Positions 28,691 to 39,099 of a DNA stretch of 64,000 nt are shown piece after piece. The stretch lies in sequence record MT366760.1; one strand, written 5' to 3'. The notes beneath the pieces are model-generated. The model was not told where the DNA came from. It saw only the letters and a program-made list of their open reading frames with translations, and searched no databases. The position numbers were made by a program, and so were the translations under genes. Within the stretch, counting starts at the first letter, position 1. Each line of letters opens with the position of its first letter.

Positions 28691-30000
28691 TGGACGCAAT
28701 AGCAGGTTTGCCTTTTATGGGCACATTTCGTTTACCTCCGACTGAAACAGCAGATACCGCAACCGCAACGTTGCTACGTCACGATGATTCAGAAGTGGAA
28801 ACAGGTATAACAATGACCAAGGTGGATGGTGGCTATTTAATTAGCCACACATTCAGCACTGAGGGTACGTATAAACTAAAAGTTGAAGGTGGTTCCGGTA
28901 CGGAATACTTCGCTTCCTTAAATGTTATTGGCGAATTCCCTACCAAGGAAGAAGTTGAAAATATACGTGACGCAATACTAGACACACAGGTCGTGGTAAA
29001 GGAGAAATATGTTTACATTAAGCAATTATTAACAGCCAACTTCGTCGCAGGTGGTCCTGTTGGGTTTGCATTTGGCTTTACACCAAATGCTAACGCCACA
29101 CCAGATGAACAATCGCAACTATCCGGTACGTGGGATCAAGGCGTTAACAAACACTTTGACTCAGGGTCGTTTGATACCTCGGCAGTAGTCGGTTCTATTG
29201 TTACTTACACCAACGGTGTATTCTCTATAATAGCTACCAACGACCCCAACGATATGTCGAGTAACCAAAACCAGAACGACGACTACAACTATCAATGGTT
29301 AATCTCAGATTATAAACATTCTGAGATACAAGACCCCGAAGACGTGACTATTGATTCATCAAGCCGTGAAGACTTTTCTATTCGTAACTACACAGTGTCA
29401 ACTGATTCAGGGGGCTTTATGTACTTGACCTCTGGTGACGTATATAGAACTTTGTCTTCATATGGTTCCATATCTGATAGTGACGTCGTGATAGGTACAG
29501 TTGTGGGTACTGCACCTAGTGCACACGCACATATAGAATACACCGTGACTACTACTAGGTCTTCTGATACCGTATCCGGTCATTTAGAAATAGTACATGG
29601 TGAATCGAGGTCAACCGTTCAGAGACTTCTTCACAAGTCAATAATAACAGCGGTCAACAACCATGCTTCATTCAATCAGGGAATTGAATGGACATATGAT
29701 GCAGCAGACGACCGTATAAACACGCATCAACCCTTCTTAGATATGTTTGATGTTACATTCACTATTAATAACACGGATGGTCAGGGTGGCTTAGGTACGA
29801 AAACAATCGAACTTGTATCCACCACTGCACTACTATCCTCAGGATTATCCGAAGAAGAAAGAACTGCGCTTTTCGAAGCAACCTCACTAGACGATTTAGC
29901 TACATTGAAAGCCGACCTACTAGCAGACACGTCACCACTTGCTAAACAAGATGTGGTGCTAGATATTCAAGATAAAGTTAACCGACCATGGTTAGATTAA
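28690..30000 (+). CDS. Virion protein with N-terminal Ig-like domain
   Basis: TAATG overlap with the upstream stop; N-terminal '...HTFSTEGTYKLKVE' Ig-like strand pattern. Confidence 0.7.
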   Translation: MDAIAGLPFMGTFRLPPTETADTATATLLRHDDSEVETGITMTKVDGGYLISHTFSTEGTYKLKVEGGSGTEYFASLNVIGEFPTKEEVENIRDAILDTQVVVKEKYVYIKQLLTANFVAGGPVGFAFGFTPNANATPDEQSQLSGTWDQGVNKHFDSGSFDTSAVVGSIVTYTNGVFSIIATNDPNDMSSNQNQNDDYNYQWLISDYKHSEIQDPEDVTIDSSSREDFSIRNYTVSTDSGGFMYLTSGDVYRTLSSYGSISDSDVVIGTVVGTAPSAHAHIEYTVTTTRSSDTVSGHLEIVHGESRSTVQRLLHKSIITAVNNHASFNQGIEWTYDAADDRINTHQPFLDMFDVTFTINNTDGQGGLGTKTIELVSTTALLSSGLSEEERTALFEATSLDDLATLKADLLADTSPLAKQDVVLDIQDKVNRPWLD

Positions 30001-30015
30001 ACTAAGGAAAATATT

Positions 30016-30408
30016 ATGCAAAAATACTCATATGCAGGTGAAGATCTGGTACTCATCGCCAAAGCTGACACAGGTGCAACAGTAGAGATTCAACATACCC
30101 TACCCGACAAAAGCGTTGTTGCTTCTAACGTAGCAATGACTGAGGACGGTACTACAGGTAACTTCTATCATACTTTTAACCACGCTGACGTGGGTACACA
30201 CCTATTAAAGCTAGTATCAACTGACGACCCCGATATTGATGGGCACTCCCTATCAATTGTTAACTTCGCTACCTCAAATGCTGACCTTGCAATTGCTCTC
30301 ACAGCAATGGATGGTAAACTTGATTCAATGGATACCAAACTAGACAATCTAGCTACCGCAGTCTCCGGAATCTCCGGCGCAGTAGAGAACACCGTTGGTT
30401 GGGTATAA
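30016..30408 (+). CDS. Ig-like domain + coiled-coil virion protein
   Basis: FYHTFNHADVGTHLLKL; heptads MDGKLDSMDTKLDNL. Confidence 0.75.
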   Translation: MQKYSYAGEDLVLIAKADTGATVEIQHTLPDKSVVASNVAMTEDGTTGNFYHTFNHADVGTHLLKLVSTDDPDIDGHSLSIVNFATSNADLAIALTAMDGKLDSMDTKLDNLATAVSGISGAVENTVGWV

Positions 30409-30457
30409 CCTAACTTACTAGAAATTAAAGTAAATCAACACATAGAAGGGACACATT

Positions 30458-30853
30458 ATGGCACTACGTGGCACTAAAGACGACGCATTAATTATCTCAG
30501 TTATCGCGGATACAACAGGTCTAACAGACCTGGAAGTAATCGTAACTAAACCTGATGGTACTGATGAAGCAACAAATGTAAGTTTAACAGAAGTAGGTTC
30601 CAAGAAAATCTATAAGGGTACTTATACACCCACCGCAGTTGGTGTATACTACCTTGAAATCGAGTCACCAACTGAGACGGGCTTAGACGGTAAGCGTAAG
30701 AGCTTACATGTACTAGAATTTGATGAGTCAGACATTGATACCAAGTTAGACTCAATGGACACCAAGCTAGATACACTAAGTACGGATGTCGCAGGTGTTA
30801 AAACAGCAGTTGACAGTCAAGCGGACGACCACCAAATCGGTTTCTTGGATTAA
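30458..30853 (+). CDS. Ig-like domain + coiled-coil virion protein (paralogue of 30016)
   Basis: YKGTYTPTAVGVYYLEI; IDTKLDSMDTKLDTL. Confidence 0.75.
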   Translation: MALRGTKDDALIISVIADTTGLTDLEVIVTKPDGTDEATNVSLTEVGSKKIYKGTYTPTAVGVYYLEIESPTETGLDGKRKSLHVLEFDESDIDTKLDSMDTKLDTLSTDVAGVKTAVDSQADDHQIGFLD

Positions 30854-30871
30854 TAGCGGGGTAACTACTAT

Positions 30872-32926
30872 ATGGCACAGGCATTTGCAAATGTGCCGTA
30901 TGAACAAGTGTTCGGTGTATCAGCAGGGGAATCTGCTGATACACTTACCGCAAAAGTGTATAGCCTAGATGCTAGTGGTAATCCCACCGAGATCGCTAGC
31001 GTTGCAACAAACAAGATAACCGTTAATTCCATTATAGTAGGTTATCTATTCGCGTACACTTTTAGTTCTACGGGCGCATACATCGTACAGGTTACAGAAT
31101 CCACTAGTAATATAATCTCCGATTCTATAACAGTGACAAAGGCTTACGTTGACGAGGACGAATTCCATAACCTACTAGATTCATATGCTAACAAATCCGC
31201 CTACCACGCAGACATTTCTAGTCTGTTTACCCAAGGCAACATGGAGTCTTTTACTAAGGCTAACTATTTACACTACTCACCCAATGATAAACAATTTACC
31301 CCCGCAAATATTAACACGAACTCACTTACGGGGTCATACGTTATACCACCTGGGGAGAAAGCAGCCTACAAAATAAGTATATCTGAAGACGACAACAGAC
31401 TGTTGTGTGGGGCTAAATTCTATATTGGAGGTCAACGTATTGTTGATAGCCCTGGTGGTGCAGCACTCCCCGGCGCATTCAAGGATACCACTGTAAAATT
31501 CAAAATATGGCGAGACCTCGGTAGTCCGAACACTGATGCTAGGTTTGGTGAAGTACTCTGGGAATCCGATGACACTAATCTATCTACGGGTACTTACTTA
31601 CGTAGGGTACTAATAGAAGACGCGGGGTTACCTGGGTTCCAATACATATGGGTTGACCACTTAGTGTTTACCTTCTCTGATATTACAGCACTACCTATTT
31701 CGGGTAACTTCCTCGTGGGATGGGAACACACTGGTACAGAAGGGGACAATAGTCCCGTTGTGATTAGACATTCAGCCTCCTCCATAAGTTCCGGATTTTT
31801 CTATGAGTGGTATTACCTAGGACGCACCAACGAGATACGTAACAACTACTGGAATTATTATGGTCCTTATTCACAGCTAGAGACATATACTACTAATGAA
31901 AATGCTATAGCTCAAATCCAACAAACACTGGATTCACCCTTGGATTCTAACGTCGTATCAGTTACGGGTACAAGTGTATCTGATGTGGATGATTTTAAAT
32001 CTGATTTAAATAGTATTAGTGATGATATAACTAACCTACTTGAAACGTCCCCTAGTGTATTCGATGTAGAGGAATCCGCACGTAAATCACTAAATGGTTT
32101 CTCTGGCTCAAAAGGGTTTGGTAATGATTCAGCGTTAACTAATAATATTGTTTTTAAAGATCCACACCGGATATACTTCGGTGGTATCGGTAAGAAACTC
32201 GAAAATGGTCAGAGAGCTTTACGCTATATAGATGCTACGGATAAAGTAATAACCCGACTACAAGTCTTGATTGGTATTGGTGTAGATGCTGACCAACCCG
32301 CATTAGTTGATACCTACAACTTCCGTGTAAAAGTATTCCGTACTACTCGCGTACTTACATTTCCCTCAGATCCCACAGGATACAGTTATGCAGACGTAGT
32401 TAGTTCCACCATTGTATGGCAGTCTTCTAACCTAAGTTCTAGTGAATATCCATTCTTTTCCCGTGGAAGCCAGTTAGGGTCCTCCGGTAAGCGACAAGAA
32501 AATAGACTGGTTGACATTGAATTGCCAACACCCATATCTGGTGAATCCGGTCTTGCTATTGGATGGGAGGTAACGAGCACTAATAATCCTGGATTAGTCG
32601 TCTACGATATTTACGGTGCCTCCGGTACACCAAACACTGCTTCCGATATGGTATCCTTCTATTATGACGGTGATTCCTACAGGGATGGAACTAACGCTAA
32701 CCCAAGGTACTTGACTAGTTTAGGTTCTAGCCCAATGGGTATCCGTATATTCTATACTGAACCAAGTAACGCAATTATGACTAATCTGGTTAATGAGGTA
32801 ACCGAAATAGGAACAAATGTAGATACCCTAACCACGAATGTATCAACTGTGGATTCTAATGTGAGTTCAGTTAAATCTGTGGTAGACACTAACCAATTAC
32901 TCCTACACAATCTACCAAAGTCATAA
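30872..32926 (+). CDS. Virion fibre-like protein (Ig-like N-terminus, two beta domains, C-terminal coil)
   Basis: YTFSSTGAYIVQV; domain FKIWR...FGEVLWES shared with the giant protein; terminal heptads. Confidence 0.75.
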   Translation: MAQAFANVPYEQVFGVSAGESADTLTAKVYSLDASGNPTEIASVATNKITVNSIIVGYLFAYTFSSTGAYIVQVTESTSNIISDSITVTKAYVDEDEFHNLLDSYANKSAYHADISSLFTQGNMESFTKANYLHYSPNDKQFTPANINTNSLTGSYVIPPGEKAAYKISISEDDNRLLCGAKFYIGGQRIVDSPGGAALPGAFKDTTVKFKIWRDLGSPNTDARFGEVLWESDDTNLSTGTYLRRVLIEDAGLPGFQYIWVDHLVFTFSDITALPISGNFLVGWEHTGTEGDNSPVVIRHSASSISSGFFYEWYYLGRTNEIRNNYWNYYGPYSQLETYTTNENAIAQIQQTLDSPLDSNVVSVTGTSVSDVDDFKSDLNSISDDITNLLETSPSVFDVEESARKSLNGFSGSKGFGNDSALTNNIVFKDPHRIYFGGIGKKLENGQRALRYIDATDKVITRLQVLIGIGVDADQPALVDTYNFRVKVFRTTRVLTFPSDPTGYSYADVVSSTIVWQSSNLSSSEYPFFSRGSQLGSSGKRQENRLVDIELPTPISGESGLAIGWEVTSTNNPGLVVYDIYGASGTPNTASDMVSFYYDGDSYRDGTNANPRYLTSLGSSPMGIRIFYTEPSNAIMTNLVNEVTEIGTNVDTLTTNVSTVDSNVSSVKSVVDTNQLLLHNLPKS

Positions 32927-32934
32927 ACCCTTTA

Positions 32935-32972
32935 GCCCTGACTTCAGTTGGGGCTTTTTCATCTTGTAAATA
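32935..32972 (+). repeat. Terminator-promoter cassette, copy 1
   Basis: GCCCTGACTTCAGTTGGGGCTTTTTCATCTTGTAAATA, 37/38 identical to 54149-54186. Confidence 0.85.
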
Positions 32973-33029
32973 TGCTTTATGGACACTACTTAGCTCAAGG
33001 AACTAGCATATCAATATGAGATACATAAA

Positions 33030-33338
33030 ATGCAAGAGATTTTAGATGCACTATTAGCATTCTTTTGGTCAATGATGGGTGATACACTCACAGATATGGC
33101 TATTCAAATATTCGGACTCGTAGGTACTCTATGTGTTGCACTACCTTTCGTGCTTGGCTCCTCAATGGGTCGTGCCGATTGGCACCCGACTACGTGGAAG
33201 TTCATCTTAGTTAACTTCACTGGTGCCGTAATTCTACTTATTTCTCTGATGTGGCATCCCAATCTGGGTTCCATCGTCATCGAATTGTTCTGGATTAGTG
33301 GGGGTTTAATTGCCATCCGCAAGAAATTAAATTCCTAA
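33030..33338 (+). CDS. Small membrane protein (CBU_0592-like)
   Basis: Three hydrophobic helices; LVNFTGAVILLISL..HPNLGSIVIELFW pattern. Confidence 0.6.
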   Translation: MQEILDALLAFFWSMMGDTLTDMAIQIFGLVGTLCVALPFVLGSSMGRADWHPTTWKFILVNFTGAVILLISLMWHPNLGSIVIELFWISGGLIAIRKKLNS

Positions 33339-33349
33339 CAAGATAACAC

Positions 33350-33389
33350 CATTTAGGCGGCTTATGTCGCCTATTTTTATCTGTAAATA
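33350..33389 (+). terminator. Terminator followed by TGTAAATA
   Basis: TAGGCGGC-TTAT-GTCGCCTA-TTTTT, then TGTAAATA at 33382. Confidence 0.65.
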
Positions 33390-33424
33390 AATGGTGATGA
33401 TGACTAACATGTAGAGGACTACTC

Positions 33425-33679
33425 ATGACGGATTTACTTAGTATATTCAGGGGCATCTGTAAGTTCAAAAGTTATAGTGTTGCTGACAATGCATCTGACG
33501 AAGTTGTAGAAGACTTCCTTCGCCACCAAGTATCCTGTCCGATAGGGCTTTGGTCAGTTGATGGGTTACCAGAACAAGCGGAGACTGAAGCATTTCATTA
33601 CTTTGAGCAATACTATTCTGATGGTGAATATACCGAACAGATTAAAGAATGGGAACGTAAGACAAATGGCGAAGCTTAA
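33425..33679 (+). CDS. Hypothetical protein
   Basis: 84-aa ORF with RBS GAGGA. Confidence 0.65.
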   Translation: MTDLLSIFRGICKFKSYSVADNASDEVVEDFLRHQVSCPIGLWSVDGLPEQAETEAFHYFEQYYSDGEYTEQIKEWERKTNGEA

Positions 33680-34730
33680 AAATAAAGATAAAGCCAAAAA
33701 GGGCGGGTCGTTAGACTACGTAGGTATTGGTGACCCACACCTTGATAAGCTATATAACAAATTCGGGGAGGAAGCTATACCCCTACAGATGGCTGAATTA
33801 AGAAAGCCCTGTGATTACGCCTTAGAGAACGGCATCAAGACAGTTATCTATCTTGGAGACACTGCTGACAATCCACGTTTGTCCTATCAAGCGCAAATAG
33901 CTTTGCAAGACCATTTATTCAAATATGATAAGAAGGGTCTAGAACAACACATCATACTCGGTAACCACGATGTTGAAGCTGAAGACTATCATGCGTTAGA
34001 AACTATTCAAAACTTGATTAAGAACGGTGCATTCAAAAATGTTGTTCTCTATGAAAAGCCAGAACAAGTTTGGATTGATGGTGTACCCTTCAACTTCCTA
34101 CCATTCCCCGCTAAGGAACCATTGGATAAGACTAACGCTATTAATATAGCTCACATTGAACGTCCTGGGGCTTTACGTGATAATGGTATGCGTATTCAAA
34201 AGGGTGGTATCGAAGAGGACTCACGTGACGATGTGTGGGACGTAGGTCATCTACATACACCGCAGCAACAGGGTAGAACTGTATACGCAGGAACCCTATT
34301 CCAAACTAATTTTGGTGAATCCTTACCTAAATCATTCCTTCATTGCTCAGCTAAATATGACGCTAAGAAAAACAAGATTAAGCGGACATTTCAACGTATC
34401 GCTGTTGACCCCGCATTCAAGTTCTTTAACTTAGAAGTCAATGAACTAGCTGACCTGAAACAAATTGAGAAGAATCCATTATATTTATATAAGGTATTTG
34501 CGAATACTGAGATGGAACTCCCAAAAAACCTAATGGCTAAGTACCCAAACGTTATACAGACTCTTGGTTTCTCATCTAAAGAGGAACTCAAAGACCTGAT
34601 GGATACATCAACCGCAAAAATCACTCATGACGTGCGTGATGGCCTCGATGACTACCTTAAAGAAACTAGGGGATTCAACGAAGACCAAATTAAACGTGCT
34701 CACACCTTACTAGATGAAGCAGGGCTATAA
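33666..34730 (+). CDS. sbcD: Mre11/SbcD (gp47-like) recombination nuclease
   Basis: Metallophosphoesterase motifs GDPHL, GDTAD, GNHD, AHI and GHLH; lies upstream of the SbcC-like ATPase. Confidence 0.88.
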   Translation: MAKLKNKDKAKKGGSLDYVGIGDPHLDKLYNKFGEEAIPLQMAELRKPCDYALENGIKTVIYLGDTADNPRLSYQAQIALQDHLFKYDKKGLEQHIILGNHDVEAEDYHALETIQNLIKNGAFKNVVLYEKPEQVWIDGVPFNFLPFPAKEPLDKTNAINIAHIERPGALRDNGMRIQKGGIEEDSRDDVWDVGHLHTPQQQGRTVYAGTLFQTNFGESLPKSFLHCSAKYDAKKNKIKRTFQRIAVDPAFKFFNLEVNELADLKQIEKNPLYLYKVFANTEMELPKNLMAKYPNVIQTLGFSSKEELKDLMDTSTAKITHDVRDGLDDYLKETRGFNEDQIKRAHTLLDEAGL

Positions 34731-34731
34731 A

Positions 34732-35901
34732 ATGGCAAAGAACAAACCTTGGGATTTAAAATACCGTCCACGTGTACTAGAAGACACCGCAGGTCACAGA
34801 GCTGTAGTTAACCAACTTACTCAGATGATTCGTAACGCTGAAGACACACTACCTAATGCCTTGATGTTTGTAGGTGGTTCCGGTCGTGGTAAAACAACGC
34901 TAGCTCGTATGATTGCACGTTACCTTAACTGTGAAAAGGGTACAAGTTGTGGTAAGTGTGATTCGTGTAAAGCTATTGATTCTGATTCACACCCAGACTA
35001 CGCTGAATACAACGCTGCTGAACACCGTGGTATTGATGCTATCCGCTCAATCACTGCCAAGGCTAAATTTAAGCCTCGCAACAAGGTTCGCGTAATACTA
35101 CTCGATGAATGTCACATGTTGACCAAGGAAGCAGCGAACGCTCTATTGAAACCACTTGAAGAACCACCTGCGGATACAATATGGATCTTGGCTACTACCA
35201 ACCCAGAAATGATTCCAAACTCTAAAGCGGTCTGTGGTCGTTGTGCTGTGATGAACCTAGCCGAGCCAAACCCTAAAGATATTGCTAGCCGACTAGCTGA
35301 CATTGCCAAAGCTGAAAAGATCAAAGTGTTCACTGACGAAGCCCTACTCAAACTGGCTAGTGCATCTGGTGGTCACATCCGTGATGCAGTTAAGATGTTG
35401 GAAGCTGCATGGCGATTAATCGAACAGTCTGGTAAAGCCAAGAAGCTCAAGGATAAAGAGCTTAACAAATTCATTGATGACGTCACAACTAAGCTACAGG
35501 CTGACGACATCGAAATGGATGCGATTGCTATTAAGATCCTAGTGGGTATCTACACGGATGATGTCTCTATGATTATTAGCGCCATCATGGATACTAAGGA
35601 CTACGTCCCACTAGCAATCAAGATGATTTACCTTAACAAGTATCTCATGTATACTGCATCAGGTTGTACCAATTCTAAATATGTATGGCATACACCGACC
35701 AACAAGAAGTTCATTGGGCTTATCAACAAATCTGAGTCGTGTAAAGGTATCACCAAACGACCAGATGAAGTTGTTCGTGTACACGACGCAATCATCCAAC
35801 TACGTCACGCACTTGTTACAACGGCGGGTGTAGATGGTTCAGATCTATATATCACACGCCTTGGTCAACTCGGTGTTTCTACTAAGAAAAAGAAGAAGTA
35901 A
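34732..35901 (+). CDS. dnaX: Clamp loader subunit, DNA pol III gamma/tau-like
   Basis: KYRP, GGSGRGKTT, CGKCDSC Zn, ILLDECHML, NALLKPLEEPP and GGHIRDA motifs. Confidence 0.9.
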   Translation: MAKNKPWDLKYRPRVLEDTAGHRAVVNQLTQMIRNAEDTLPNALMFVGGSGRGKTTLARMIARYLNCEKGTSCGKCDSCKAIDSDSHPDYAEYNAAEHRGIDAIRSITAKAKFKPRNKVRVILLDECHMLTKEAANALLKPLEEPPADTIWILATTNPEMIPNSKAVCGRCAVMNLAEPNPKDIASRLADIAKAEKIKVFTDEALLKLASASGGHIRDAVKMLEAAWRLIEQSGKAKKLKDKELNKFIDDVTTKLQADDIEMDAIAIKILVGIYTDDVSMIISAIMDTKDYVPLAIKMIYLNKYLMYTASGCTNSKYVWHTPTNKKFIGLINKSESCKGITKRPDEVVRVHDAIIQLRHALVTTAGVDGSDLYITRLGQLGVSTKKKKK

Positions 35902-35904
35902 TAC

Positions 35905-38286
35905 ATGCAGAACCTCGGTAAGTTAACTGTCGAGGATATGGTTTACTACAAACACGCTGAATTAGACTTAGACTACGAGGGGGTTACGTACTTATCCGGT
36001 CGTAACCTCAACTCTAAAGTTAAGGGTCGAAACAACGGCAGCGGTAAATCACTCTTGATGAGTCCGATAGTTAATATGATTAAAGCCGTGCTACCCTCTC
36101 ATGAGAAGAACGCACGCGCCCTGAAACACAGCTTGTTCTCAACGGGTACTAATGTTAGCCTTGAATATAATAATGGCAAACATAGTTACCTATTGAATAA
36201 GTCAATGCCTAAAAAGGGTATCAAGTGGAATATATCTGAAGACGGTAAGGAACTTAATCACCCAACACCAACTAAAGCAGAGAATTTCGCTCAGTCACTA
36301 TGTCCGTTAAACGAACAAGAGTTCTTTTCAACGGTATACCTTGATAGCCGTCGTCCGAATACTATGCATATTGGTACTAGTTCAGAACGTTTCAATTTCT
36401 TTTCTGACCTATTCCGACTACACGACTACGACAATATCAAGAAGTATTTCTCAACCCGTATAAAGGAGCTTGAGGAAGCTAGGGTTAAACGTGACAGCTA
36501 CATAGAACAGATGGCGGACGTTGCATACACAACTAAATTCGACCCTAAGACCAAGCGTAACATGATTAAAGTTGCTGAAGAATCCTCTAAGAAACTTCAG
36601 GAATCTATTGACAAGCTAACATCTGAAGTTAACTACATCCGTTTATTCCTTGCTAACGAAAAGTCACTAGGTAAAGTAGAGGGTACTTCTGCTGCTGAAC
36701 TCAAGACGCACCTAAAGCAGTGGAAAGAAGATCTTAAACATGCTAAGAAGTATGAGAAGTATCTAGAAAAGTTGGATGAATACAACGATAAACTTACCAA
36801 GCTTAAGGACATACTTAAGCGTTGTTCTAAAGAAGGTAAAAAGCACGGGGCTAAAACACCTAAAGAGCTAGCAGCATTCATCAAAGAAAATGAGAAGAAA
36901 GTCGCTACACTTGAACAACGACGCAAAGAACTCAAGAAAGAGATTTCAAAATCCGCTGATAAGTTGGGTGACATTGAGACCAACTTAGAAGCTATTACCA
37001 AACTTGAACACAGGATTGCTAAACACAAGACTCTGGATAAGTCGGGTAAATATGAGGCTCGTATTGAAGCTGCTGAACAACACGTTGATGCTATCGAGGA
37101 GTTTTTGGATGGCAAATCAAGTGGCACCTGTAGTGTCTGTGGTGGCGAGTTTACCAAGAAGCAAGCTAAAGCAAAACTCAAGGAACTAAGAGTTACTATT
37201 GAGAAGAATCGTGATTTGTTGAAGCTAGCACGTAAACAGGAGAAAGACCTAGATGAGAAAAAGTCATATGGCAAAACGTCGCTCGATGAACTCCAGAAGA
37301 AAGCTGAAAAACTCACAAAGGACTGCAAAGCGTATAAAAAGGAACGCGAATCTTTGGTTCTTCCAGACGTCAACTTAGAGTCCCTTGATGAACTATGTAG
37401 TAAATGGAAGCACTACCAAAAGATGTTAGACGATTTGACCAAACCAGAAAAGGTCGCTGAATCAGTGGCATCCGTAAACACACTTGAGAAGTCGATTGAT
37501 AAAGCTAAATCAAAATTGCAGATACTAGAAACACTAGACAACATGTTGGAAGACATCAACCGTGGTCGTAAGTTGTGTAAAGGTAAACCTGCAAAGAAAG
37601 CAGCTAAGTCACGTAAAGCTGAGATTGCCACACTTCAAGACGAAATTGGTAAGCTGAGCAATAGCATAACTCAATGGCACACTGAGATAACCAAGTATGA
37701 AACGGACAACGATCTGTTTAAGAAGCTAGATAAGAAACGTAGGAAAATTGAAGAGTCATTAAGTGACTTGGAAATATTCGATGCAATGGTAGACGCCTAT
37801 GGTACTAAGGGTCTAAAAGTGTTGGCTATGAAGAACATCAAAGCTTTCATTGAAAAGAACCTTAACAAATACAGTTCACTATTATTCCCAGAGAAGTTCG
37901 AGTTCTACATCAATGTGGAAATCAATGCCTTTGACATTATGGTTAAACGCCATTCAAACGGGAAACTAGTGGAGAGTGACGTGCGTCATCTATCCGGTTC
38001 AGAATCTCGCTCGTTCTGTCTACTGTGGCTTATAAGCATACTACCATTGATACCGCAAGAACGTCGTTACAACGTTTGTATACTGGATGAATACGAATCT
38101 AACTGTGACCATGTTACTAGAGAAATGATGTGTAAGGAATTCATACCCGCATTAGCTGAGATAGTTCCCCACGTTATCTTTATCAGTCCATACGCTGACA
38201 TCCCAATAGACCACCCTCACCTCAGGCACTTGGTAGTAGAGAAGGGTAAAGACGGGATAAGTCGCTTGAAGTCTAGAGGTGAATAA
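35905..38286 (+). CDS. sbcC: Rad50/SbcC (gp46-like) SMC ATPase
   Basis: Walker A NGSGKS, long coiled coil, Zn hook CSVC, signature LSGSE and Walker B ILDE. Confidence 0.92.
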   Translation: MQNLGKLTVEDMVYYKHAELDLDYEGVTYLSGRNLNSKVKGRNNGSGKSLLMSPIVNMIKAVLPSHEKNARALKHSLFSTGTNVSLEYNNGKHSYLLNKSMPKKGIKWNISEDGKELNHPTPTKAENFAQSLCPLNEQEFFSTVYLDSRRPNTMHIGTSSERFNFFSDLFRLHDYDNIKKYFSTRIKELEEARVKRDSYIEQMADVAYTTKFDPKTKRNMIKVAEESSKKLQESIDKLTSEVNYIRLFLANEKSLGKVEGTSAAELKTHLKQWKEDLKHAKKYEKYLEKLDEYNDKLTKLKDILKRCSKEGKKHGAKTPKELAAFIKENEKKVATLEQRRKELKKEISKSADKLGDIETNLEAITKLEHRIAKHKTLDKSGKYEARIEAAEQHVDAIEEFLDGKSSGTCSVCGGEFTKKQAKAKLKELRVTIEKNRDLLKLARKQEKDLDEKKSYGKTSLDELQKKAEKLTKDCKAYKKERESLVLPDVNLESLDELCSKWKHYQKMLDDLTKPEKVAESVASVNTLEKSIDKAKSKLQILETLDNMLEDINRGRKLCKGKPAKKAAKSRKAEIATLQDEIGKLSNSITQWHTEITKYETDNDLFKKLDKKRRKIEESLSDLEIFDAMVDAYGTKGLKVLAMKNIKAFIEKNLNKYSSLLFPEKFEFYINVEINAFDIMVKRHSNGKLVESDVRHLSGSESRSFCLLWLISILPLIPQERRYNVCILDEYESNCDHVTREMMCKEFIPALAEIVPHVIFISPYADIPIDHPHLRHLVVEKGKDGISRLKSRGE

Positions 38287-38288
38287 TC

Positions 38289-38666
38289 ATGAAACTAGCT
38301 GATTTAGAACCAAGGGTTAGACATTGCCCTAAACATGAGATGACGGGTAGTCGTATACTACCCTATCCTGACCCACGAACTGGTGGATATTTCGTATCCG
38401 TTAACCACTACCGAGACCTTTTGGACATACAGGAGGAAATAGCTCGTAGACAAGGGTTAGCACATTTACACAACCCCGACCACCACTCTAAGGGAATCCT
38501 CGGTATGTTGAATGGTCACCCCGTTTACACTGATGCATACATCCACAGGGATAAACAGTTTAATCTACAGTCGTCGGATACACCCGTAATTTATTCAATG
38601 CCTTGGCAACTGTCACACGATGTAGCCAACTATCTAGCGAGTACTAATAATGATAGCAGAAATTAA
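38289..38666 (+). CDS. Hypothetical protein
   Basis: 125-aa coupled ORF. Confidence 0.6.
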   Translation: MKLADLEPRVRHCPKHEMTGSRILPYPDPRTGGYFVSVNHYRDLLDIQEEIARRQGLAHLHNPDHHSKGILGMLNGHPVYTDAYIHRDKQFNLQSSDTPVIYSMPWQLSHDVANYLASTNNDSRN

Positions 38667-39099
38667 ACATATAAAGGACATGTCGTCGGAACCAGACGTG
38701 TTGGTTATGGCAGCGTCAGGTTGGCGCGAACTAGTTAAATCTAGTGGGATATCTGCTGAAACTAGGTACACGTTCTACGGCAACATTGACTGTCTAGTTG
38801 CTTATGACGAAGAGGGTTTACCTATCGGTCTAATATCCTACTTCTCTAATGGTGAAGGTAAATGGTGGGTTAGCTTTTCCTACGTTGTACCCTCATTTCG
38901 TGGTAACGGTGTATGGAAGGAACTGTGGCATAAGCTTGTTGCGCACGCTCAACAATCATCTATTAAGTATTTGGATGGTGGTACACACATGGACAACGTA
39001 GCCATGCAGAAGGCTGCTGAATCAGTAGGTCGTGTAGCGGAAACCATAACGTATACATTTAAAGTACCTGATGTAATACCTACAATAGACGGTGATTGA
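38650..39099 (+). CDS. GNAT acetyltransferase
   Basis: YVVPSFRGNGVWKEL (motif A) and N.AMQKAAESVG. Confidence 0.85.
   Translation: MIAEIKHIKDMSSEPDVLVMAASGWRELVKSSGISAETRYTFYGNIDCLVAYDEEGLPIGLISYFSNGEGKWWVSFSYVVPSFRGNGVWKELWHKLVAHAQQSSIKYLDGGTHMDNVAMQKAAESVGRVAETITYTFKVPDVIPTIDGD

Noticed and set aside
36633-37631. 246-aa and 72-aa antisense ORFs inside sbcC
   Set aside because: They are shadow ORFs of a Lys/Glu-rich coiled-coil gene.
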